From positions 1,632,001-1,696,000 of the forward strand of contig CM000155.2 of NCBI GenBank assembly GCA_000004695.1: a DNA stretch of 64,000 nucleotides, read 5' to 3'. Shown here piece after piece: positions 36,118 to 47,718 of the stretch (the stretch's first letter is position 1; each line of letters begins with the position of its first letter). Made by a program: the position numbers and the translations under genes. The stretch is from Dictyostelium discoideum. Its lineage: Eukaryota. The notes beneath the pieces are model-generated. The model saw nothing but the letters and a program-made list of their open reading frames with translations. It did no database searches and was not told the DNA's origin.

Positions 36118-38506
36118 TTAATTTAAATATTTTTTTAACCATAATGAAATATTAACCCATTGATCTAAACGAGCATCAATTGAATCAAGACTATGACCAG
36201 TTTTTGGATACATTAAACATTTTGTTGGTACATCTCTTTCTCTTAACATACGATAATATAATAAACCTTGAGAAGGTGGAACACGAAGATCTGAATCACC
36301 TAAAGCTAATAATGATGGAATTTTGATGTTTTCAATATGGAAACTTGGTGAACATTTTCTCATTTTTTCAATTTCTTCCATTGATGGTAATGTATGATAT
36401 TGAGAGGTTGGATCAGAGAGATTAATACCAGCTTCAAAGAAACACCAATCTGGAATATCGGATAAGGTTGACATTGATGGAATATCGATTACAGGATTTC
36501 TCATGATTGAAGTTTTGACAATTGGGAATCTACTTAGATGTGCTGATAAGAAACCACCATGACTACCACCAATAACACCAATTTTATTTCTATCGATTGT
36601 ATTATCGATTTTATCGAGTGTGTAATTAATTGCTTGAACACAATCGTCAACATCCAAATCACCAATATAACCTGGTAAACAATCTACGAAATCTTTACCA
36701 TAACCTGTTGAACCTCTATAATTTGGAATTATAATATTATAACCCAATGAGAGTAAATAAGTGATTGTTGAAACATAACCAACATCTAAATTTGAATGTG
36801 GACCACCATGAATGAAAACTAAACAACCCAATGGTGAAGATTGTGTACTATTTTTATTCTTTAAGTAAATCAATTCAAATGATTTAATTGACTCTGTGTA
36901 TGGTTGTGGTGTTGGTTTTGATACTGGTACATTATGAATGGTTGCATTAAATGATTTGAAAATTGAATTACATTGTTCACTTGGTTTTGGTGAGTAAATT
37001 AATTGTTTCTCTTTATCACTACCCAAATAATCAACTAAATAAACTTTAGTTGGTTGATTTACTGATGATTCACCAATTAAATATTTCTTTGATTTAAAAT
37101 CAATATCATATAAAACATAAAGTTTTGGTTCTTCGTCACCACCATCAGTTGATGATGGAATTTTAATAATTTTCAATTCCTTTGATTCATAATTAAAAGA
37201 AACAATCATTTCAGTTGATCTAATAATTGTTGAAAATAAAAATGTTTTTTCATCAATAAATGGTCTCTCTGGTAATGATTGACAGAAAACACCTGGGAAT
37301 GAATCATTAAAATTCTTATAATCCAACAATGTTTCAAATGATTGTGGTGGTTGTTGTTGTTGAGTGATATTGTTTGAAGACCAATTTAAAGAGAAAATCT
37401 TTGAACAAGTATCATGAGCATAAATTCTTTCGTTAAAACCCAAGAAAATTAATTTTGAAGAATCTGGTGTAAAACGTGGTGATCTATAACAACCATTATT
37501 ACCATTTGGAATTAAATTTACAATTTGCAATGGTGTTGTTAATTTGGTTTGTTTTGGATCCAATTTTTGGTTCTCTTTCCATTGATTTCTAGCATTAATA
37601 AACTCTTTGAAATTTAAATGATACAATGAACTTGATCTATTGAAACATGCTCTAATACCAAGTTTTCTTTTACCAAAATTCCAACCAACATAAACTAATC
37701 CCTCACCATTTGGTGTCCAAATGACTTGACCTGCTGATATCTTTTCAGATGGGAATGGTTCAACTGGGAATACAACCTCCTTTTCAATATCTAATATAAA
37801 TATTGATGGATTTGCAACTGGTGAATAAGTTTCACCCCAATCATCTCTAAATACAAATTGATCACCAATAGCTTTATCTTTTGGTTCCTTATCAAAAAAT
37901 CCTGTTACATTTAATTTTGAATCTGCAATAAATGCTACATATTTCTCACATGGTGACCATGAAAAACTACCAAACCATTCTTTTTTTTTTTTAAAAAAAA
38001 AAAAAATAAATAAAATTAATAAAAATTCCATTATTATTATTATTATTATTATTAAATTTTATTAATTACAAACCATCATTTAAAATTTTTTTATGAATAT
38101 CTTTTGAAGTAATTGAAGTAATTAAATGTGAACCATCAGTAATATCAAAAGAGAATTCGAATTCAGTTGAAGGGTTCTCTTTAATTGTTAAAACTTTCTT
38201 ATGTGATGGTGATACTGATATGATTGAAGTTGCTAATTCTTGTTGAATTGCTGATGAAATTACTTGGTTTTTCTTTGATGATGATGATGAATCTTTTAAA
38301 ATTGTTTTTTGTGACATATAAAATTTAGTTTTCTTATTGGTGATATCAATTTGAGATACAATGATTGATGCTGATGTTTGATTTTCATTACTTTCATCAT
38401 TGTTTGTAAAAAATGCGTTGTTGACTGTTGGAATTGATAATAACTCCCTGTAAACTTTAGTTGTATCTTCTCTATACTTTATTTCTTGTTCACTTAAACT
38501 TTCCAT
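36118..38506 (-). CDS. Acylamino-acid-releasing enzyme (acylaminoacyl-peptidase APEH, S9 family), 2 exons, about 764 aa
   Basis: Exon 1 38074..38506 (MESLSEQEIKYREDTTKVYRELLSIPTV...KILND), GTTTGT donor, phase 1. Exon 2 36118..37979, acceptor aaaaaag, (E)WFGSFSWSPCEKYVAFIADSK... with a beta-propeller region. The catalytic domain has HGGPH, GGSHGGFL (nucleophile Ser), and a C-terminal Asp/His region. Confidence 0.65.
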
Positions 38507-39354
38507 CTTTTATGTCTCTTTTTGAAAAAAAATTAAAAAAATAAAAAAAATTAAAAAAATTAAAAAATTAATTTAAACCACCACTTATTAAAAAAAAAAA
38601 ATAAAAAAAATAAAAAATTAAAAAAAAATAAAAATAAATTAAATTGCGAACTTAAAAAAAAAAATTCTCACACAAACTACCTTTCATAATTTTTTTTTTT
38701 TTTTTTTTTTTTTGTCAATAAATTAATCAATTAAAGATCTTTGATTTAACTCATATTTTTTTTTTAAAAAAAATAATAAAAAATAAAATTTAATAATTGT
38801 TTTAAAGGGAATGAAAAACAAATTAAAAAAATTTTTTTTTTTTTTATAAAAAAAAGTGTAAAATCTGAATATTTTTTGTTTAATATCAATAAAAAAAGTA
38901 AAAAAAAAAAAAAATGATTTTCCAAAAAAAATTAGAAAAAAGAAATTTATTAAATGTTAGGGTTAGTTATTTTTTTTCCCCCTCCCGAAAAATTTTAATA
39001 TTTTTAATAATAAAAAAAAAAAAATATGGGTTTTTTTTTCCCGTCCATTATCATATTTGCATCATTTTTTTTTTTTTTTATTTTTTATTTAATTTTTAAT
39101 TTATTTTTTGAGTCAATCCTGAAAAAAAAACCAAAAAAAAAAAAACCAAAAAAAGAAATTAAAAAAAAAAAAAAAAAAAAAAAAACAGTGTTTATATTCT
39201 TTTGATGGTAACCGAAAGAAATCAAAATAACATATAGTTGAAACATAAACTCTTACAATTCTTTAAAAATAATAATAACCCCAAAAAAAATAAAAAAAAT
39301 TAAAAAAATTAAAAAAAAAATAAAAAAAAAAAAAAAAAATAAAAAAATAAAAAA

Positions 39355-41121
39355 ATGATCAGAAACTTAATCAAAACAAAAACAAAAATAAATGAAATTA
39401 AATTTAATAGGAATTTTTTATCAAGTTCAATATTAAAAATAAGAAATCATAATGATGATAGTAATAATATATTATTTTCAAATTCAAATACCATTGAAAT
39501 TCAAAATCTCCCATTAAATATAACAACAACTGATCTATTGAATCAATTTAAAAATTATAAAATATCACCACATGGAATTAAAACAAAATATAATACAGAT
39601 AAAGGATTTGCTTATATTACCTTTGAAAATAATCAAGATTTTATGAAAGCAATAGACAAGAAATTAATTTCATTCAATAATTTAAATTATTCAATTGAAC
39701 CAATTAAACAATCATTATCATCCTTATTATTATCATCATCATCAAATGAAGAAGAAGAAGTAACAACAACAACTAGTGAAACTATAAATACAAAAGTTGT
39801 TCAACACGAAAATGTAAATATAATATCATCATTAAATTCAAATCATTATAATCATTCAATATCGTATCCAAATCAGTCAGCTATTACTCAACAATTATGG
39901 TTTGCAAGAGTTAGTAAAGAAGTTAATCCAGCAATAACTGAAGCACCAAAGTTAACAACAAAAACACCAGAAGAGAGTAAAGTTGAGGTGATTTTACCAT
40001 TTAGTAGTGATTTACAATTACGTGAAAATTATTTATCCCCATATGGTAATTTAAGAATCGGTAGATTCTTGGAAGATTTAGATGCAATTGCTACAGCTGT
40101 AGCTTTTAAACATGGTGAGAATGAGAATGACGGTTATAAGAAAATGTTTGTAACTGTATCAGTTGATACAATTAAAATTCTTAGACCCTTAATTCCAGAT
40201 AGGGATATTAAAATGGAGGCTAAATTATCATGGGTTGGTAATAGTTCAATGGAGATCATGATTAGAGTTTTCTCAAAAGATAATGACAAAACTCAACAAT
40301 GGGATCCTGTCCTAGTCGCATTCTTTACAATGGTTGGTGTAGATCCAAAAACAATGAAACCAACACTTATCAACTCATTAAAAGTTGAAACTCCAACAGA
40401 GAGGAGACTATTCGCTGAAGGTGAACAACATAAATTACAACGTTTAAATTCAAATCAGCAATCACTTGAAAAATTACCACCAACTCCAACTGAATTACAA
40501 ACTATTCATAATCTATTCATGATTTCAAAACAACAACACCAATCATCAGATGTTGTTGATAGAAATTTCATTCCAATGAATTCAACAAGTTTAGAAACTG
40601 TTATTTTATGTCAACCTCAAGAAAAGAATATTAACGGTCAAATTTTTGGTGGTTATTTAATGAGAATGGCATTTGAAACTGCTTATACAACTTGTTTTAT
40701 GAAGTTTCCAGAATCATTACCAAGATTTAGAAGTATTAGTGGTTTGAAATTCCTTAAACCTGTTGAAATTGGTGATATTCTTAATATGGAATCAACCATT
40801 ACCTACTCAAAGCCAATGAACTCTGAAGATGATTGTGAAAATCAAACTTATTATACTCAAGTAGAAGTTTTAGCCTATGTCACCGACCCTTCCATTGGTG
40901 AAAAAAAACTTTCAAATGTTTTTAATTTCACTTTTTATTGTGCTCCTTCAAAATCTCAAAAAGAAAAATTACAACAACAAAATACAAACAAAAAATTAAA
41001 ACAAATTTTACCTCAAACTTATTCCGAAGCAATGCGTTATTTAACTGGAAAAAGAATTATTGATAGTTATATAGAATTTGATCAATCACCTTCTAAAATG
41101 GATATTTTTAAAAATGAATAA
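39355..41121 (+). CDS. Acyl-CoA thioesterase (ACOT9-like, tandem hotdog) with an N-terminal RRM-like domain
   Basis: 588-aa ORF. Residues about 40-120 carry RNP2-like IEIQNL and RNP1-like KGFAYITF with canonical spacing. Two hotdog-fold thioesterase halves follow (LPFSSDLQLRENYLSPYGNLRIGRFLEDLD..., ...GQIFGGYLMRMAFETAY...), collinear with mitochondrial ACOT9/10. Confidence 0.55.
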   Translation: MIRNLIKTKTKINEIKFNRNFLSSSILKIRNHNDDSNNILFSNSNTIEIQNLPLNITTTDLLNQFKNYKISPHGIKTKYNTDKGFAYITFENNQDFMKAIDKKLISFNNLNYSIEPIKQSLSSLLLSSSSNEEEEVTTTTSETINTKVVQHENVNIISSLNSNHYNHSISYPNQSAITQQLWFARVSKEVNPAITEAPKLTTKTPEESKVEVILPFSSDLQLRENYLSPYGNLRIGRFLEDLDAIATAVAFKHGENENDGYKKMFVTVSVDTIKILRPLIPDRDIKMEAKLSWVGNSSMEIMIRVFSKDNDKTQQWDPVLVAFFTMVGVDPKTMKPTLINSLKVETPTERRLFAEGEQHKLQRLNSNQQSLEKLPPTPTELQTIHNLFMISKQQHQSSDVVDRNFIPMNSTSLETVILCQPQEKNINGQIFGGYLMRMAFETAYTTCFMKFPESLPRFRSISGLKFLKPVEIGDILNMESTITYSKPMNSEDDCENQTYYTQVEVLAYVTDPSIGEKKLSNVFNFTFYCAPSKSQKEKLQQQNTNKKLKQILPQTYSEAMRYLTGKRIIDSYIEFDQSPSKMDIFKNE

Positions 41122-41521
41122 AAAAAAAAAAATACAAATAAAAAAAAAACATTCAAATAAATTAAATTTATTATTATTATTATGTTAGATTAAAAAATTA
41201 AAAAAAAAAATAATTAATTATTTGTGTTACTGTTAAACATTTTGAAAATGAATTTGATGTTAATAATAAAACACATTTTGTAACTGGATGTGTTAGTAAA
41301 ATTAAATAAAGAATTGATTCAGAATAATTTTGAGGTATAATTCTTTTTATTTTTTTTTTTTTAATAATTTTTTTTTTTTTCTATTATTTTTTTTTATTAT
41401 TTTTTTTTTTACAAAACATTTTATGTTATATATATATATTACTATTAAAAAGAAAGAATCTGGAAAAAAAAAAAAATATACCAATTTTTTTTCTTTCTTT
41501 TGTTTTTTTTTTTTTTTTTTT

Positions 41522-42865
41522 TTATTTCCATAATTTGTTGATTGACATATTTTGTTCTGAATCCTTCTTCATAACTTTAGAAACTGCCATTTCAAAATCT
41601 TCTTGAGATACATGAACTCTTCTTTCACGAAGAGCATACATACCAGCTTCAGTACAAACTGCTTTTAATTCTGCACCTGAAGCACCATTCATTTTATCTG
41701 AAATCTTTTTAAGGTTAATTCCTCTTGTTAAATTCATTTTTCTTGAATGGATCTTTAAAATATCTAAACGACCCTATTTGTTTTTGAAAAAAAAAAAATA
41801 TAAAAAAAGGAATAATAAAGAAATAATAAAGAAATAATAAAAGTTAATTTAAATTATTTTTTTTTTTTGTTTTTTTTTTTTATGAAAAAAAAAAAAAATA
41901 CATACAGCATCACCTGGATTTGGAAATTCAATTTTTCTATCAATTCTACCTGGTCTTAATAAAGCTGGATCTAAAATATCAATACGATTTGTACACATGA
42001 GTACTTTAATGTTTTTAGTACTTTCAAAACCATCCAATTGATTGAGTAACTCTAACATAGTACGTTGAACTTCACTATCACCACCACCGGAACCAGATTC
42101 ACCACGAGATGAACCAATGGAATCGATTTCATCCATGAAAATGATTGAAGGAGCATGTTCTCTAGCCATAATGAATAATTCACGAACCATACGACTACCT
42201 TCACCAATATATTTTTGAACCAATTCGGAACCACTAACTCTAATGAATGTGCAATCGGTATGATGAGCAACGGCACGAGCTAACAAAGTTTTACCAGTAC
42301 CTGGTGGACCATACAAGAGTACACCCTTTGGTTGAGCGATACCTAAACTTTCAAATAACTCTGGATGTTTAATTGGCAACTCAATGACTTCTTTGATCTC
42401 TTTGATTTGTTTATCCAATCCACCAACCATATCATAGGTTGAATCTGGTATCTTTTCAACTTTCATCAAACTGACCAACGGATCAATTTTATTTGGTAAG
42501 ATTCTATGGAGTGTGTAACTTTCATGTTTCAATGCAGCTCTGGTTGATGGTGTTAACTTGGCAATATCAACGGTTGGATCAATATCAACCACGAATTTAC
42601 CCTCTGGATTAACCTTTACCAATACTTTATTCTTTCCCATTAATTTGACTACCTCTGCTACATGTGATCCTGGGTTAGTCAATAATTGTAATTCCTCTTT
42701 TAACATTCTTACACGATTATTTAATTCATTTCTTTGTGCTTCTAATCTTCTTAAATCTTGTGCTTTTTCATTAACTTTAATTTCTAATTCTTCAATCTTT
42801 GAACAATAATATGATTTAATACCTTTTGTTTCATCTTTATTTTGTTGATTATTTTGTGCAACCAT
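41522..42865 (-). CDS. psmC5: 26S proteasome regulatory subunit 8 (Rpt6/PSMC5, Sug1), 2 exons, 403 aa
   Basis: Near-identity to human PSMC5 over the entire length: KIEELE...[17 protein letters not shown]..., Walker [47 protein letters not shown], Walker [12 protein letters not shown]. Exon 1 41906..42865 ends ...IEFPNPGDA with a GTATGT donor. Exon 2 41522..41773, acceptor caaatag, [24 protein letters not shown]...MSINKLWK. Confidence 0.9.
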
Positions 42866-43356
42866 TTTTTTTTTTTTTTTTTTTTTTTTAATTAATTTAA
42901 TTCCTTTTTTTTTTAAAAAAACCCAAATAAAAATTTTTTTATTTTTTCCTCTGAATATTAAATATAATATATATCAAAGTAGGGGGGGGGGTTTTTTTAG
43001 AAAATTTTTTTTATAATGGAAAATTAAAAAAAAAATTTATTAAAATTAAAAAAAAAAATTTATTAAAAAAAAAAAAAAAAATTTAAAAAAATTAATTTAA
43101 ATTTTCCAAATTAAAAAAAAAAAAAAGGTGAACTTGATCATGGAAGTTCACTTGGTGTTTTTTTTTTATTTTTTTTTTTTATTTTTTTAACCCTTTTTTA
43201 TTTAAATTAATATAATTTAAAAAAAATATAAAATATAAATTAAAAAATAACTAATATCAAACAAATAATTTTTTTTTTTTTTTTTTTTTTTTTTCTTAAT
43301 TCTGGAAATTATGAACCGATTTCTCTTTTTTGTGAAAAATTATGAATTACTTGGGA

Positions 43357-43387
<31 letters not shown>

Positions 43388-44095
43388 CTTCTTATTTTTG
43401 TGTTATTAATTATTGATTTTTAAGATTAAACCTAATCCTTTTTTAATAAATAAAGATATTAATCTTTACTGTTTTTTTTTTCACATTATTTTTCCCAACT
43501 GCAAAATTTTTTTTTTTCCAAAATATTTAATGATCTTTTTAAATTTATATCCAAAATGTTTAAATATTTGAAAAAATAATAAATAAATGCACATATATAT
43601 ATATATTAATATAATTCGAAAATTTTAATTTTTTTTTATTCATATTTTAAAATAACCATCTTCTTTTTTCATTTTTTTAAATTATTTTAATCTCAAAAAA
43701 TGGAAAGTTAGTTCTTTTTTTTATTTTTAATATTAACTTTTTATTTTTGTCCTACTGTTTTTTTTTTCAAACATTGTGTTATTTAAAAAAAAAAAAAAAA
43801 ATATCCCGAATAATAATAATAAAATAAAGTAATAAAATAAAAGAGATTGCAAATAAAAGAGTTATTTTTAAAAAGTATAAAAAAATAAGAAAAAAAGGTA
43901 ATCTAAAAAAAAATAAAAAAATAAAAAAAAAAAAAAAAATAAAAAAAAAAAAAAAATAAAAAATTGTCAACACGGTAACACTAAAAAAAAATTTTTTAGA
44001 AAAATAAAAAAATCAAAAAATTTTGCGTCGCGCATTCGTTTTTGAATTTTTTTTTTTTTTTGAAAATTTTTTGTTAGTTACAGAATACAGAAAAA

Positions 44096-45186
44096 ATGTA
44101 TGTTGGACTATATCACATATCACATATCACATATAATAATTTAATGTGTGATAATATAACTCAATCAATTCACTCTCTCAAATTTGAAATATAATTATAT
44201 AATGATGGATAATAGTTGATTAGAGATATAATAGATAGAAAAAAAAAAAAAAGAGAAGGATTGAGGATATAGGATATAGATTATCAAACCACAATTACAG
44301 GTACACAGCATTAATTTTTTCAATCTTTAATCTTTAATTTCAATCTATCTTTAATCTTCAATAATTCAATCAACATATAAATTTATAAATCAAATGAAAG
44401 AGAAGGAGAAAGAGAGACGAGTAATATATAAAATATAGATTATGGATTATTAATATTGATTTAAATTAATTAATTAGGGCTCTTGACAATAAATTTGTTG
44501 CTAAAGGATTAAGACTCTACAGTGCTCGTTCTGTCGCAAACAGAACCAAGACCTTTGTTGCCAAGAAAAACAAGGTTGTTGCACCAAAGAAAGTTGTTGC
44601 CCCAGTCACACCAGTTGAAAAGACTTTCGGTAAAGGTAAACGTGTTATTGCTGCCAAAGCTTCCAAATTTGCCCCATCCATCCCAGCCGAAATCAGAAGC
44701 ACCGCTGCCAAAAAAGTTCAACAAAAAGTTGCTCTCCGTAAATCAATCACCCCAGGTACCGTCCTCATCATCCTTGCTGGTCGTTTCGCTGGTAAACGTG
44801 TTGTTGCCTTAAAACAATTAGACTCTGGTTTAATTTTAATCACTGGTCCATTCAAAGTTAACGGTGTCCCATTACGTCGTATTGATCAAAGATACGTCAT
44901 TGCCACCTCAACTAAAATCGACGTCTCAAGTGTTAAAGTTGCTGCCACCATCAACGACGCTTACTTTGCCGCTGAAAAGAAATCAACCACTAAATCTGAA
45001 GGTGCTTTCTTCAGTGACGAAAAGAAAGCTGAAAAGAAGAAAATCGCCGACTCACGTGTTGCTGACCAAAAATCCGTTGACTCTGCAATCTTAGCTGTCC
45101 TCAAGAAAGAAAAATTCTTAACTGTTTACTTAAAGACTAAATTCTACTTGAAGAAAGGTGAATTCCCACATCAACTCAAATTCTAA
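44096..45186 (+). CDS. rpl6: 60S ribosomal protein eL6 (RPL6), with the start codon split by an intron
   Basis: Exon 2 44478..45186 encodes (M)ALDNKFVAKGLRLYSARS...LIILAGRFAGKRVVALKQLDSGLILITGPFKVNGVPLRRIDQRYVIATSTKIDV..., which is the eL6 family. No in-frame ATG precedes the acceptor ttaattag|G. The only canonical solution is an exon 1 consisting of AT at 44096-44097, followed by a GTATGT donor (aaaaaAT|gtatgt) and joined to the G of exon 2. This gives ATG and 236 aa. Codon usage is GC-rich, typical of highly expressed Dictyostelium genes. Confidence 0.7.
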
Positions 45187-46098
45187 ATAAACTTTTTTTC
45201 TCTTAAATCCTCTTGCAATAGAAAATAATATATAAAAAAAAAAAAACTTTTAAAAAAAAAACTTTAAATTATAATTTAATATTTAAATTTTATTTATTTT
45301 ATTTATATCTCATTATATCATTCAATTTGAAAATTTAATATTATAATTTAACAATAAAAATTAATTATTTAATTTAATAATATTATCTATTTTAATTAAT
45401 TGATTTTTTTATTTTTTTTTTTTTTCAAAGAAAATGAAATTTAATATTACCATTATTTTTATTATTTTTTTTTTTTTTTCAGAAAAAATTAAAACAAATA
45501 TTTTTAAAAATTAAGAAATCAAAGATAAATATTACAACACAATGGTGTTTTGTTTTGTTTTGTTTATTTTTTTTTATTTTTTTTTTTACAGATTTCCTAA
45601 AAAAAAAAAAAAATAAAAAAATAAAAAAATAAAAAAAAGATCTAGTCAGTTTTTTTTTTTTTATTTTTTTTTTTTTTTATTTATTTTATTTTATTTTATT
45701 TTATTTTATTTTTTTTTATTCTTATTCACATATTTTCAATATCTTTGAAAAACCCTTGGTTTAATATTTAAAAAAAAAAATAATAAAAAAAATAAAAAAG
45801 AATTCCAAAAGGACTTCGAAAATCTGTTGAAAAGATCGCGAAACCAATTTTTTTAATATTATGACATAGGACCCTAACGAAAAGGCACTCCAAATATGGA
45901 AGGAAGTTGAAATAAATTAAATTTTGATTTTTTAAACTGTTTATTGTTTAATTTAATTTTTAAAAAAAAAAAAAAAATTAAATGAAATTCTTTCTCAATA
46001 TAAATTAAACAATTTTTACCATTTTTTTTTAATTAAATAAATAAATAAAAAAAAAATAAAAAAAAAATAAACTTTCCAATTTCCAAATTACTTATACA

Positions 46099-46131
<33 letters not shown>

Positions 46132-46243
46132 TATTAATCATAAAATAAAATAAAATAAAATAAAATAAAATAAAATAAAATAAAAAAAAAAAAAATAATA
46201 ATAATTATCAATTACTAATAATATATAATTTATAAATTAAAAA

Positions 46244-47313
46244 ATGAAATTATTATTTAAAATATCAACTTTACTTTTAATTATAATTCTTTGTAATTTT
46301 TTTAATTTAATATATGGTTTTCCTGGATCATATTCAGGATGTTCATCAATATCATATTCACAAAATGAGCTTGACACAATACCAGCTTCATTTGATGTTA
46401 GAACGAATTGGGGTGATTGTATGTCACCAGTAAGAGAACAACAGAGTTGTGGTAGTTGTTGGGCTCAAGTTACATCTGGAATTTTAGCAGATAGAATGTG
46501 TATTGAAAGTGATAAAAATATTAAAATGTTATTGTCACCACAATATTTAATGGATTGTGATGGAAGCTGTGTTTCCGATGGTGTAAGTGGTTGTAACAAT
46601 GGTTGTAAGGGTGGTTTCGTTGGTCTTGCTTTAACTCGTTTAATTAATGAAGGTATTGTTTCTGATGAGTGTCTTAGTTATCAAGCTTCAAAAGATTCTT
46701 CATGTCCAACAACTTGTGATGATGGTTCTCCAATTTCAAATACAACCATTTATAAAGCAACTAGTTGCAGAGCTTTTCCAACTGTTCAAGATGCTCAATA
46801 TGAAATTATGACAAATGGTCCTGTCATCGCAACCTTTATGTTATACAGTGATTTTAAACCACATAAATGGGATGTTTACATTAAATCTTCAAATACTCAA
46901 GTTGAAAGTCATGCAGTAAGAGTTGTTGGGTAAGTAGTTTATATATTTATTTTTTTTTTTTTTTAAAAAATTAATTATCTAATCATTTTTATTTTTTTTA
47001 TTTTATTTTAAAATTTAATATATTTAGATGGGGAACTACAAGTGATGGAGTTGACTATTGGATTGCTGCTAATAGTTGGGGAACTGGATGGGGTGATAAA
47101 GGATATTTTAAAATTCGTAGAGGTAGTGATGAAGCAGCTTTTGAAGAAGGCTTCATTACTGTTACTGCTGATACTGCATCAGTCCCAACTTCACAATATG
47201 GTTTGGAATATCAATTTGGAGGAAATTCTTCCACATTCTTAAAACCATCCTTTTTAATTTTATTAACTTTAATTGTTTTATACTTTTTATTAGTTCCAAT
47301 TATTTTATCATAA
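46244..47313 (+). CDS. Cathepsin B-like papain-family (C1) cysteine protease with a C-terminal hydrophobic tail (2 exons)
   Basis: Exon 1 46244..46929: signal peptide, QQSCGSCWA (active-site Cys) and an occluding-loop-like Cys-rich region; GTAAGT donor, phase 2. Exon 2 47028..47313 (no Met in this frame, so absent from the ORF track): (G)[32 protein letters not shown] (active-site His/Asn region), ending ...[31 protein letters not shown]. Confidence 0.7.
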
Positions 47314-47718
47314 TTTAATTGTTTTAAACAAATCGAAATTCCTGAAAATATTAAAAAAAAAAAAATTTCCATTAATTTTTTTTTTTTTTTCTAAAATATC
47401 AAATTTATTACTAATTATACTCAAGTAAATTAGGAAATAAAATAAAAATAAAAAAATTAATAAATAAAATAAATTGCTTAATTTTTATTTTTAAATTGTT
47501 GAATTTATTTCAACAGATCTTTTTTTTTTTTTTTTTTTTATTTTTTTTTTTATTTTTATTTTTAATAATTTTAATTTTTATTTTTTTTATTTTTTTTTTT
47601 TTTTTATAATTTCTCTTTTTTTTGAAACTATATATACAATAAATTTTATAATATATACATATATTTTTTTAAACCACTCCCTTCACAATTAATTAATTAT
47701 TTATTTTATTTTCTTTTA

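Noticed and set aside
44391-44420. Alternative first exon for rpl6 starting at ATGAAAGAGAAGGAG...CGA with a GTAATA donor
   Set aside because: Joining to the 44478 acceptor puts a stop (GGC TCT TGA) in frame. Only the split AT|G model gives an open frame.
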